DNA of 32,000 nucleotides from Candidatus Saccharimonadota bacterium. Its GTDB lineage: Bacteria; Patescibacteriota; Saccharimonadia; Saccharimonadales; UBA4665. Shown one piece after another: positions 17,943 to 26,729 of the stretch. The DNA lies in assembly GCA_963718045.1 (NCBI GenBank), contig OY970350.1, forward strand, positions 1 through 32,000, given 5' to 3'. A program made the translations under genes and the position numbers. The notes beneath the pieces are model-generated. The model saw only the letters and a program-made list of their open reading frames with translations. It did no database searches and was not told the origin of the DNA. Each line of letters begins with the position of its first letter. The stretch's first letter is position 1.

Positions 17943-19054
17943 TAGTTGGCCACCATTTTTTTAAGGATTTTACTCATTAAGCCGTACACCTTTGAGGTCA
18001 ATTTCCAAAAAAAGAGCTTAAAATAACTTCTAAACAGAGTTTTTGTCTCTTTGATATTTTGATTATCCCGATTATGAATAAAAGCCAACATTTCTTCTTT
18101 TGAAATCTTTTCGCCATTAAGTACACTTGTAAGCTTTGGGTCATTTTGATATTTCAATCCCCTTAGTTGTTTGAAGCCATTCGCCCGTCTATTAAGTCTG
18201 GCCTGTATTTCTGTGTTTAATCGCCGGACAAGGAATTTGACATCCCTTTGTTGCTTTTGCAAAAATATTATTTCTTGTTCTTGATCAGATATTTTGTTGA
18301 GTATTATTTTTTCTCGCTCTTTTACGATTTTCTCGGTCTCTTTTTTCGCGTCTTGTTTAATTTCTTGTTCGGCCAAAAAATACACGGGGGTTCCCGACAG
18401 TACTGCATTAGGGTAATTAAAGTATTTTTTTCTATTTAGCGATTCTTTGGCCAAATAGTATTTATTAACGCCATCATAAAATACTTCGTTATAATCATAA
18501 TCTTTAAGCAGTGGTTGCCAGTCCCTGTGTATATGGCTGGTTTCAATGCAAATTAGTTCAGGACGAACATTTTTAAAGTCATAGCCTGCCAATACTTTAT
18601 ACTCATACCCCTCCACATCTATCTTTAGAAAGTGCACGTGTTCAACCTCATGTTCATTAAACACTTCCCCGAGACTCTCGACTAGGACTTTGTAATCTTT
18701 GCTCTTCCGTGTCGGGTAGTTATTTTTAGAATTTTTGTAGACGGCTCTCATCGATTTGTCAAAAGTTGATAGACCGTCTTCTCCGGGATACTCAGTGAAC
18801 AATAGTTCTTCTTTTTTCTCGCCAATACCAATACACAGATTTTTGTCTCGAGGTCTCTGTTTATTGAGGTTGTCTATGTGTTTTTTAATAGGATCGATAT
18901 TTATACCATGCCAACCTTCATCATAAAATAGCTTGGTGACAGAGTCGATCACTGGGTCATTGGCACCAACGTCAATGTAAAACCCATTGTTAACATCAGA
19001 GAAAAAAGACTTAATAAGCAAGTCTTCTCTATTTTGCGAATAATAAAATCGCAT
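17942..19054 (-). CDS. FkbM-family SAM methyltransferase fused to a coiled-coil and a C-terminal amphipathic helix (candidate chain terminator)
   Basis: FkbM motifs FYIDVGANDPVIDSV and FLKIDVEGYEYKVLAG within aa 1-215. Heptad-rich, charged aa 228-292 (nt 18179-18373). C-terminal FRSYFKLFFWKLTSKVYGLMSKILKKM (nt 17951-18040). GAGGA lies 9 nt upstream of the ATG. Confidence 0.75.
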   Translation of the reverse strand: MRFYYSQNREDLLIKSFFSDVNNGFYIDVGANDPVIDSVTKLFYDEGWHGINIDPIKKHIDNLNKQRPRDKNLCIGIGEKKEELLFTEYPGEDGLSTFDKSMRAVYKNSKNNYPTRKSKDYKVLVESLGEVFNEHEVEHVHFLKIDVEGYEYKVLAGYDFKNVRPELICIETSHIHRDWQPLLKDYDYNEVFYDGVNKYYLAKESLNRKKYFNYPNAVLSGTPVYFLAEQEIKQDAKKETEKIVKEREKIILNKISDQEQEIIFLQKQQRDVKFLVRRLNTEIQARLNRRANGFKQLRGLKYQNDPKLTSVLNGEKISKEEMLAFIHNRDNQNIKETKTLFRSYFKLFFWKLTSKVYGLMSKILKKMVAN

Positions 19055-19056
19055 TA

Positions 19057-20082
19057 TTAGATTTCCTCTTCTATATGAACGTGCGATAGTTTATGCTTAG
19101 AGAAAACTAGGAATGTTAAAGACTCTGTAGTGCTAATTACCTGTCCATATTCCGTATTTTCTAGGTGTCTTAACTGCCCGTCTGGCATAATACTGTATAC
19201 AAACTCAAAGTCAGATATAAGTTGGGCGTAGAATTTTTGAGGGTTTTCATATCCACCTTTTGTAAACTCCATAAAAAGTATTAAATTTGGGCTCTCTTTT
19301 ACTATTCTCCTCATACCTTCATATGCAGTTTCTTCATACCCCTCAATGTCCATTTTTATAAGGTCAATCTTTTTAATCTTATTCATCTTACAATAACTAT
19401 CTAGGTCAATAGTTGGCACAGTCACAGTACTTTCAGCCTCAACGTTCATTTGGTGTCCGTTGTAACTCATAAGTCGCTCGATTGACTGCATTGATGATGA
19501 GCCAATATAATCTTTAAGTATATTCAACTTAGAAGTACCTTTTTTGTTACTGAGCGCCGTGTTTTCTACAATAGTATTTTCGTTCAACCAATTAACAGAA
19601 AGGGTTTTATGTATATAGTGATGAAGATTGGGATTGGCTTCAAATAGTATTACTTTGCCACGTTTTCTGTTCATCTGAGCGGCAAATACGCTGTAGTAGC
19701 CAAAATTTGCTCCTATATCAACAACTACCGGATCTGGGCGAACGTCCTTTTCTAGTGTAGCAAGCCAAGCATATGTAATCTCCCTCTCCCATATACGTTC
19801 AAGGGCTATATGCGGTACCACGGCTATATCATAGGGGTCTAGATACATGATAAGGTCGTTGAAGAGTTTAACTGCAATCTCCCTCTCTGAAATAGGCATT
19901 ATGCCCACTGTGTCATATCTGCCCATCCTATCTTGTACATCTGAGAGTTTTTTAACATCTTTGCGCAAAGCTTCTGTAGCCGTCTCAAGTCCTACTAGTC
20001 TTTTAAATGCATTGCCCGTCATCTTATTGGCTACCGCTTGGTAAACACTTTTACTGTTCTTCACTAGAATCCTCTTCTCCAT
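19057..20082 (-). CDS. FkbM-family SAM methyltransferase with N-terminal extension
   Basis: VVVDIGANFGYYSVFAAQ and LIKMDIEGYEETAYEGM motifs. Start is ambiguous: in-frame ATGs at 20166 (116-nt overlap with wzt), 20082 (32-nt overlap) and 20022 (no overlap). None has a clear SD. Confidence 0.7.
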   Translation of the reverse strand: MEKRILVKNSKSVYQAVANKMTGNAFKRLVGLETATEALRKDVKKLSDVQDRMGRYDTVGIMPISEREIAVKLFNDLIMYLDPYDIAVVPHIALERIWEREITYAWLATLEKDVRPDPVVVDIGANFGYYSVFAAQMNRKRGKVILFEANPNLHHYIHKTLSVNWLNENTIVENTALSNKKGTSKLNILKDYIGSSSMQSIERLMSYNGHQMNVEAESTVTVPTIDLDSYCKMNKIKKIDLIKMDIEGYEETAYEGMRRIVKESPNLILFMEFTKGGYENPQKFYAQLISDFEFVYSIMPDGQLRHLENTEYGQVISTTESLTFLVFSKHKLSHVHIEEEI

Positions 20083-21274
20083 GTTTAGTCTTGAGTACGA
20101 CTGACATGGGCGGCATGATCGCAGTAGTTGATCGTTCAATTCTTTTAACAACGAATGAGGCAGCATTACTATACCAATCCAGGGGAGTATGCGATCCGTC
20201 TACCAATGTGAGCGTAACAAAATACCTGCCATCACTAAAAATGTTTAAAACTTCCCATTCTAATCGCACTGTTTCTGACTTTTTCAGCTCAATTATGTCT
20301 GGTTTGTTGACCATTCGGTTGTTTGTAGCGACAATTTCTTTGCCATCAACACCTGATATATGAATTCCATACTGAATTAATTCGAAATCTTTTGTCTTTG
20401 CAGTCACATCAGCCTGAACATATACATGATCATCCTTCGTGATAACTTTGACTTTATCGTATTTAGCATCGCCAGTTCCCCAGCGCTGCGACTGAGAAGA
20501 ATTACCACTCTCTGTTTCTGCTTGATTATCTATAAATAGGAGAGAGTATTCCTTAGCAACATCCCCGGATAAACCACTTGCCTTGAGTCGGGCGTCATCT
20601 ATAAGCACTGCTCGATCACAAAACTCACGCACTGCGTCCATATCATGGCTCACAAAAACAACTGTTTTTTTATTCTTCTTTAGGGTCTGGAAATATTCAA
20701 AACACTTCCGTTGAAAGTCGGCATCACCAACTGCGAGCACCTCATCGACTAGCAATATATCTGCCTTGGCTCTTGTTGCCATTGAAAACGCTAAACGCAC
20801 TTGCATGCCCGATGAATAGTTTTTTAGCTTCTGGTCCATGAATCGTTCAAGTTCAGCAAATGAAACTATTTCATCGTACATTGCTTCGACCTCATCACTA
20901 GAAAATCCCAACATTGCACCATTTAAATAAACATTGTCCCGACCCGATAACTCTGGATTGAATCCTACGCCTAATTCTATAAAAGGTACCAGCTTACCTA
21001 TTGTGGTTACATTACCTTTTGTTGGTTGGTAAATAGATGCTAGCAATTTGAGAAGTGTGGTTTTCCCACTTCCATTTCTGCCAACGATACCAAAAAATTC
21101 ACCTTTTTTTATTTCGAAAGATATGTCTTTAAGGGCGTGTTGCTTCTCCTTAATCCTCGTAGCTTTATTAAACATACTGGTAAATATGCCTTTTACACTC
21201 CCCACCCTTTCGTGAGGTAAAATAAAGTCTTTATAGACATTTTCAACCCTAATTACAATTTCATCATTTTCCAT
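20051..21274 (-). CDS. wzt: Polysaccharide ABC exporter ATP-binding protein with C-terminal Wzt_C-like carbohydrate-binding extension
   Basis: Walker A GRNGSGKTTLLK, signature YSSGMQVRLAFS and Walker B ILLVDEVLAVGD are present. An extra roughly 150 aa follows the NBD (RWGTGDAKYDKVKV...FVTLTLVDGS...). The ORF-track start at 21292 is TTG. The ATG at 21274 follows a perfect AGGAGG (21281-21286) and sits 1 nt after the wzm stop, so it is preferred. Confidence 0.85.
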   Translation of the reverse strand: MENDEIVIRVENVYKDFILPHERVGSVKGIFTSMFNKATRIKEKQHALKDISFEIKKGEFFGIVGRNGSGKTTLLKLLASIYQPTKGNVTTIGKLVPFIELGVGFNPELSGRDNVYLNGAMLGFSSDEVEAMYDEIVSFAELERFMDQKLKNYSSGMQVRLAFSMATRAKADILLVDEVLAVGDADFQRKCFEYFQTLKKNKKTVVFVSHDMDAVREFCDRAVLIDDARLKASGLSGDVAKEYSLLFIDNQAETESGNSSQSQRWGTGDAKYDKVKVITKDDHVYVQADVTAKTKDFELIQYGIHISGVDGKEIVATNNRMVNKPDIIELKKSETVRLEWEVLNIFSDGRYFVTLTLVDGSHTPLDWYSNAASFVVKRIERSTTAIMPPMSVVLKTKHGEEDSSEEQ

Positions 21275-21275
21275 A

Positions 21276-22082
21276 CTAAACCTCCTCGGCAAACGATTTA
21301 GACCGTCTGCGGAAATAGTTTGAGGTCAGAATAAAAAGTATAACTGTGATCCCGATTGGGATAGCCCATACCCAATAATCACCTCCATATACCTTGGATA
21401 TCGTTTGTGTGGAATGCGTTATAAGCACATATCTGGAGTCTTGAATAACTTGAGCCATCGGGTTAAGTATCAAAAACTTAGCAAAAGAGTGAGGGACACG
21501 TGTTAATGGGTAAAGTATTGGTGTCGCATAGAAAGCTGCCTGGATTATAACTTCCCAAATATAGGACATGTCTCTATACCTTACAAAAGCAGTACTTAAG
21601 AAAAAGGCAGCTGTTACTGCTATCAGAACGAGCTCAAGAAGAAGTGGTATCAATAATAGAGCTTGAAGATGAACGGCGACATGCCCAACTACCATAAAGA
21701 TAATAACTACTACAGCTGTTAAAGATAGGTTAATTAAAGCAGCAATAATAACGGCCAGAATAATTACATACTTAGGAAAGTTAATTTTACGAATTAGATC
21801 ACCCTTCCCCACAATGGATGTAACGCTTCCCATTGTCACTTCAACAAAAAAGTTCCAGAACAATAGTCCGAGTAATAAGTAAACCGGATAATGAGGGACA
21901 CTATTCCCGACTTTTAAGAACTTAGTAAAGACAAAATATAGGATTAAGAATAGTAGCAGGGGACGAAGAAGTGACCATACATAACCAAGTATTGAGTTTT
22001 GGTAACGTAGCTTAAAATCAGTACGGACGATTTCACGAAGTAAAATAACCGAGTATCGGTAACGCTGTTTTAATTTCCCCAT
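21276..22082 (-). CDS. wzm: Polysaccharide ABC exporter permease (ABC-2 type)
   Basis: 268 aa with six predicted TM helices, the ABC-2 N-terminus REIVRTDFKLRYQNSILGYVWSLLRPLL, and tight coupling to the downstream ATPase. Confidence 0.85.
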   Translation of the reverse strand: MGKLKQRYRYSVILLREIVRTDFKLRYQNSILGYVWSLLRPLLLFLILYFVFTKFLKVGNSVPHYPVYLLLGLLFWNFFVEVTMGSVTSIVGKGDLIRKINFPKYVIILAVIIAALINLSLTAVVVIIFMVVGHVAVHLQALLLIPLLLELVLIAVTAAFFLSTAFVRYRDMSYIWEVIIQAAFYATPILYPLTRVPHSFAKFLILNPMAQVIQDSRYVLITHSTQTISKVYGGDYWVWAIPIGITVILFILTSNYFRRRSKSFAEEV

Positions 22083-22163
22083 TAGCAGTAATTTTACTGA
22101 TTATTGCGGCTGTCGGCAAGGATACTGTCTTTTGCAGTGATACTATTGTAGTCTGATTACAGT

Positions 22164-23090
22164 ATGACCAAAGTATTAGTGACAGGCTCAAACGGTTTTG
22201 TTGGTAAACATCTTTTAGATGAACTTTTGGCCAATGGTTATGAAATATTAGCTATTGGAGGACGCCAATTATCAGACATAGTTAACGATAGGGTTGAGTA
22301 TAAGGCGCTTGATCTTACCGATATTAAAGAGGTTGAGAAATTAAACTTTAGTAAAATTGATTCAGTAATCCATTTAGCCGGACTTGCAGCTGTTGGCCCG
22401 TCTTTTGACGACCCAATGGGTTATATATCGGCAAACATAGGGATGGAATGTAACCTATACGAGATTGCCAGGAAACAAAATGTTCATCCGAGATTCTTAA
22501 TAATTAGTAGTGGTAGTCTCTATGATCCAAGCTCTGGCCTGCCCTTAAATGAAGATTCGGCGGTTAAACCATTATCTCCATACTCGGTAAGTAAGCTAGG
22601 CCAGGAACAGTTAGCTGAATACTACGAAGGTCAGGGTTTTGAATATATTATTGCTAGACCTTTCAACCATTGCGGCCCAGGACAAGGACCTGGATTTTTA
22701 GTATCAGATTTAGCCAGACAACTTGTTGATTGTGAGAAAAATAAAGGTAACGAAGTAACTGTCGGTAATATCAAGACAAAACGTGACTATACAGATGTTA
22801 GGGATATTGTTAGAGCCTATAGATTGCTGTTAGAGAAAGGTGAGTCACATAAAGTTTATAACGTTTGCTCTGGTAAGGCGCATAGCGGCCAAGAAATATT
22901 AGATACTCTAATGAGCTTCGCGAACAAAAGGCCCAAGATAGTTGTTGATCAAGATAAGTTTCGCCCAACAGATATTGACAGTATATTCGGAGATAACTCG
23001 TATCTAAGTAATACCACTGGCTGGCAGCCTCAAATAGAGTTGAAGCAAACACTAGCTGATGTCATGGACTACTGGAGGAGTATGGAATAG
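22164..23090 (+). CDS. rmd: GDP-4-dehydro-6-deoxy-D-mannose reductase-like SDR (predicted GDP-D-rhamnose synthase)
   Basis: VLVTGSNGFVGKHL, SPYSVSKLGQE (YxxxK), ARPFNHCGPGQ, VYNVCSG and TGWQPQIELKQTL follow the Rmd pattern as recalled from Pseudomonas/Aneurinibacillus enzymes. It is convergent with and 7 bp from gmd. The Rmd versus other 4-reductase assignment needs phylogeny. Confidence 0.65.
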   Translation: MTKVLVTGSNGFVGKHLLDELLANGYEILAIGGRQLSDIVNDRVEYKALDLTDIKEVEKLNFSKIDSVIHLAGLAAVGPSFDDPMGYISANIGMECNLYEIARKQNVHPRFLIISSGSLYDPSSGLPLNEDSAVKPLSPYSVSKLGQEQLAEYYEGQGFEYIIARPFNHCGPGQGPGFLVSDLARQLVDCEKNKGNEVTVGNIKTKRDYTDVRDIVRAYRLLLEKGESHKVYNVCSGKAHSGQEILDTLMSFANKRPKIVVDQDKFRPTDIDSIFGDNSYLSNTTGWQPQIELKQTLADVMDYWRSME

Positions 23091-23097
23091 CTATCGT

Positions 23098-24096
23098 TTA
23101 GGCTGAGGGTATATCCCTAGCCGACTCAAGACCTATATCATACTCAACCATCATCTTGACTAGACCCTGAAAATCTACTTTTCTTTTCCAGCCTAGTTTC
23201 TTTTCTGCTTTGGATGGGTTCCCTAGTAATATGTCCACTTCTGCCGGCCTCATAAAGGCTGGGTTTTGTTTGACATAAGGTTTCCAGTCATTAATCCCAA
23301 CCTGTTTAAAGGCTAGGCTCAGAAAGTCCTCGATTGAATGAGTTTCGCCGGTAGCCAATATATAGTCATTTGGTTGTTTTTGCTGGAGCATCCGCCACAT
23401 ACCCTCGACATAGTCGCCAGCATAGCCCCAATCTCTCTTCGGCTCTAGATTACCGAGTTCAATATGATCTTGCAGGCCTAAATGTATTCGAGCAACTGCA
23501 TTACTTATTTTTCTGGTAACAAACTCTATGCCTCGATAAGGCCCTTCGTGGTTGAATAAAATACCGCAGCTTGCGTGCATTCTATAGCTTTCCCGGTAAT
23601 TTTTAGTAATCCAGTGACCATATAGTTTTGCAACGCCATACGGGCTTCTGGGATGAAATAATGCATCTTCATCATATCCTTTGCCAGGACGGTTATAGTC
23701 TAGGCCGCCAAACATTTCACTGGTTGATGCCTGGTAAAAACGGATAGTCTTTGTGCCACCAGTTAAACGAATTGCTTCTAATAAATTCAGAACGCCTAGG
23801 CCGGTAACTTCAGCTGTTAAAAAAGGATTCTTAAAAGAATAGCCAACATGGCTGACGGCTCCAAGGTTATACACTTCATCGGGCTTAGCGACTTCTAGTG
23901 CGCGTGTCAGTGATGTTTGATCTGTTAGATCAGCCTCAATTAGTTTTATATAAGGCTGTTCCTGTTCAATCCGTATTTTTTTAGGGTTTTGCTGCCCACG
24001 AATGACCCCATATACCTCATAGCCTTTCTCTTGCAGCAGTTCAGATAAATGATGGCCATCTTGACCCGTGATACCTGTTATTAGAGCAGTTGGCAT
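23098..24096 (-). CDS. gmd: GDP-mannose 4,6-dehydratase
   Basis: ALITGITGQDGHHLSELLQEKGYEVYG, QASTSEMFG, SPYGVAKLYGHW and FNHEGPYRG are hallmark Gmd motifs. AAGGAG (24101-24106) lies 4 nt upstream of the ATG. Confidence 0.92.
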   Translation of the reverse strand: MPTALITGITGQDGHHLSELLQEKGYEVYGVIRGQQNPKKIRIEQEQPYIKLIEADLTDQTSLTRALEVAKPDEVYNLGAVSHVGYSFKNPFLTAEVTGLGVLNLLEAIRLTGGTKTIRFYQASTSEMFGGLDYNRPGKGYDEDALFHPRSPYGVAKLYGHWITKNYRESYRMHASCGILFNHEGPYRGIEFVTRKISNAVARIHLGLQDHIELGNLEPKRDWGYAGDYVEGMWRMLQQKQPNDYILATGETHSIEDFLSLAFKQVGINDWKPYVKQNPAFMRPAEVDILLGNPSKAEKKLGWKRKVDFQGLVKMMVEYDIGLESARDIPSA

Positions 24097-24145
24097 AAAT
24101 CTCCTTTAACAATTATTTCTTGTAGCTAGTATAGCATCGTGGTTT

Positions 24146-25264
24146 ATGCGATATTATTACTTAATGGGTTTAATAGCTATTGATGCCAGGTCATCAGGCA
24201 CATCAACTGGTAGGTACATAGATAAATTAATTGAATATATTGCTAAGATTGATCCTGATTACGACTTCAATATAATCACTTACTCCAACCGGGCAGATTT
24301 TATAAAGAAGATTGCACCTAAATATGCTGTCTGTGAGACTAAAGTCCCGCTGTTAGGATTCAAAGAGCAGACAGATCTTCTTAAAGAAGTTAATGAATTA
24401 GATGCTGATCTCGTACACTTCGCTATGACCCAGCAACCAGTTATGTATCGAGGCAAAGTCGTAACGACAATACATGATTTAACCATGTCTAAATCAGAAT
24501 TTCGTAATCCTTTAACGCCACGACCAGTATTTGAGGTTAAGAAAATTGTATATAACCGAATAGTTAAAATGGCAGCATCTAAATCGACGGTAATAATTAC
24601 GCCTACTGAATATGTAAAGAGTGATGTCATTAAATTTACCCATCAGCCCGCAAATAAGTTTGTTGTGACTCTAGAATCAGCAGACAAGATAAAAGAGAAG
24701 GCTGATCCGATGAAAAAATTAGTTGGTAAGAAGTTTATTATGTATATTGGCCGGCCGTGGCCTCATAAAAACTTAAACCGTCTAATTGATGCTTTTGAGA
24801 TATTAAAAGTCAAACATCCTGAACTATGTTTAGTCCTAGCTGGTAAGAAAAATGATAATTATCTAAACATAGAGAAAGACGTTAAAGAGAGGGGCCTTAA
24901 AGATGTTATCTTTACCGACTTTATATCTGAAGGACAGCTTAGGTGGCTATATGAAAACTGTGCAGCCTATATCTTCCCTTCTTTAAGTGAGGGTTTTGGT
25001 TTGCCCGGACTCGAGGCAATGGTACATGGAGCTCCTGTGGTATCTAGTAATGCCGCCTGTTTACCAGAAGTTTACGGTGACGCTGCGATGTATTTTGATC
25101 CTAAAGACATTGACAATATGGCTGACGTTATTAACAAGGTCTTAAGTGACGAGAATCTGCGTACCAAGATGATTAAGAAAGGTCATACCCAGGTTGCTAA
25201 ATACTCCTGGCAAAGAATGGCTGAGCAAACACTGGCTGTCTACGACCGGGTGTTGAAGTCTTAA
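24146..25264 (+). CDS. Glycosyltransferase family 4 (group 1)
   Basis: IAIDARSSGTSTGRYIDKL N-terminus and FPSLSEGFGLPGLEAMVHGAPVVSSNAACLPEVYGDAAMYFDP signature. An alternative ATG at 24164 (MGLIAIDAR) would give a more typical N-terminus. Confidence 0.85.
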   Translation: MRYYYLMGLIAIDARSSGTSTGRYIDKLIEYIAKIDPDYDFNIITYSNRADFIKKIAPKYAVCETKVPLLGFKEQTDLLKEVNELDADLVHFAMTQQPVMYRGKVVTTIHDLTMSKSEFRNPLTPRPVFEVKKIVYNRIVKMAASKSTVIITPTEYVKSDVIKFTHQPANKFVVTLESADKIKEKADPMKKLVGKKFIMYIGRPWPHKNLNRLIDAFEILKVKHPELCLVLAGKKNDNYLNIEKDVKERGLKDVIFTDFISEGQLRWLYENCAAYIFPSLSEGFGLPGLEAMVHGAPVVSSNAACLPEVYGDAAMYFDPKDIDNMADVINKVLSDENLRTKMIKKGHTQVAKYSWQRMAEQTLAVYDRVLKS

Positions 25265-25728
25265 TCTTTAGCAGGTTTTAAGACAATGTGCCTGTCCCGG
25301 CCTTCACCTTCCGAATCACTTATTAAGCTGTATTCTCCAGCTAGTTTATGAATTACCCGGCGGTCTGAAGCATTCATAGGTTCTAGTGACATTGGTTTTT
25401 TACTGTCTCTGACCTTTTTCATCCAGTCTTCAGCCCTATCTCTTAGTCTGTCGGCTCTTTGTTTCTTATATTCAGCTATGTCGACATTTACCCTGGTATG
25501 TGAGAAATCGTTATTCTTTAGTGCTGTTGAAGTAAGGTACTGCATGGAGCGCATATTCTCACCTCTTTGGCCTATTAAAAAGCCGTTGAGATGGGTACTT
25601 GGTACGCCTAACTGTATAACTTCGTCCTCACTGGTGGCATAGACATCAGTATTTAGCCCAAAGAAAGACAATATATCTTCAAGGTATTTTTTAGCATAAA
25701 TAATAGCTTCTTCCAGTGAATCGTTCAT
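25261..25728 (-). CDS. jag: Jag/KhpB-type RNA-binding protein (KH + R3H domains)
   Basis: KH-type GxxG (LIGQRGENMRSMQYL) and R3H (ASDRRVIHKLAGEY...GEGRDRHIVL). AGGAG lies 6 nt upstream. ATGA overlap with yidC; conserved yidC-jag synteny. Confidence 0.85.
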   Translation of the reverse strand: MNDSLEEAIIYAKKYLEDILSFFGLNTDVYATSEDEVIQLGVPSTHLNGFLIGQRGENMRSMQYLTSTALKNNDFSHTRVNVDIAEYKKQRADRLRDRAEDWMKKVRDSKKPMSLEPMNASDRRVIHKLAGEYSLISDSEGEGRDRHIVLKPAKD

Positions 25729-26681
25729 CTCTTTCTCCTCTTTTTAGACTTCTTCCTCTTAGGGTTTTTAGGTTTTGGGGTTTTAGGAGGTGTCTCTTTA
25801 GAATCAATAAGTTCAGCTTCAGGAATAGCACTCACATCTTTAGATGGCACTGTAGGTGTATCTGCCATGCCTTCTAACTCAGTTTCATCTTCGCGCAATG
25901 CTATGCTCTGCTGAATATAGGCTACCAGACCGCTGGTGAACCAGTAAAGGCTAAGGGCTGAGGCTAGTTCGACGGTAAAAAAGAATATCATGAAGGGCAG
26001 AATATACTGGGTGCTTTTACCAACTGCACCGCTTATCTCGCTCTGATCGGCCTGGTTCCCTTTGCTAGCCTCCTTCATTATCTGTCTAAGACCTTTTTGG
26101 TCTTTACTCGTTGGCATCAGCTGCTTAGATTGGAAGTACTGGCTGGCAGCACTCAGGACAACTATTATCATAGCGGGCCAATAGACACCGCCGGAAGATA
26201 GAGCGCTTCTGCCAAGATTTACGAAACCAAAAAGAGTGTTATCAAAAAGATGGATGTTAGCAGCTAAATGCCTCATCCAAGGCAAATGCCTAACCCAGGA
26301 ATAAGAGAATGTAATAACTTCTTGTCGGTTGGCTATTATCTTTCTTAGCCCGCTGTTTAGCCCGATTAAGATAATTATCTGAACAACAAAGATTGGCAGT
26401 GTGCCGACCGGATTAATGCCCTGCTCTTTATATAAGGCCATAACCATCTGGCCTTCTTTCTGTTTGTCTCCTTTGGCATCTTTTTTAATTTGTTTGAGTT
26501 CAGGTTGGAGCTTACGCATTGCTTTAGCCTGGTGAAGCTGCTTTTTAACAAGCGGCCAAAGAACAAGTCTAAATAAGATAGTGAAGATAATTAGAGCTAG
26601 ACCAAAGTTATGGCCAGGCAAAATGGCATAAATAAAGACCAGTAAATTAAACAGCGGTTTTACAATAATAGTAGTAAACAT
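25725..26681 (-). CDS. yidC: Membrane protein insertase YidC/Oxa1 family, short Gram-positive type with basic C-terminal tail
   Basis: LVLWPLVKKQLHQAKAMRKLQPELKQIKKD...ALYKEQGINPVGTLP core and C-terminal PKTPKPKNPKRKKSKKRRKR. Located in rnpA-yidC-jag synteny. Confidence 0.9.
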   Translation of the reverse strand: MFTTIIVKPLFNLLVFIYAILPGHNFGLALIIFTILFRLVLWPLVKKQLHQAKAMRKLQPELKQIKKDAKGDKQKEGQMVMALYKEQGINPVGTLPIFVVQIIILIGLNSGLRKIIANRQEVITFSYSWVRHLPWMRHLAANIHLFDNTLFGFVNLGRSALSSGGVYWPAMIIVVLSAASQYFQSKQLMPTSKDQKGLRQIMKEASKGNQADQSEISGAVGKSTQYILPFMIFFFTVELASALSLYWFTSGLVAYIQQSIALREDETELEGMADTPTVPSKDVSAIPEAELIDSKETPPKTPKPKNPKRKKSKKRRKR

Positions 26682-26729
26682 CGGTAGCAGTCCCCTTTTG
26701 CTAACGTTTACTATATCATGTCTGTTAAC

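Noticed and set aside
26682-26729. Expected yidD gene between rnpA and yidC
   Set aside because: The gap is only 48 bp and no overlapping frame encodes the Cys-rich YidD motif, so the gene is absent here.
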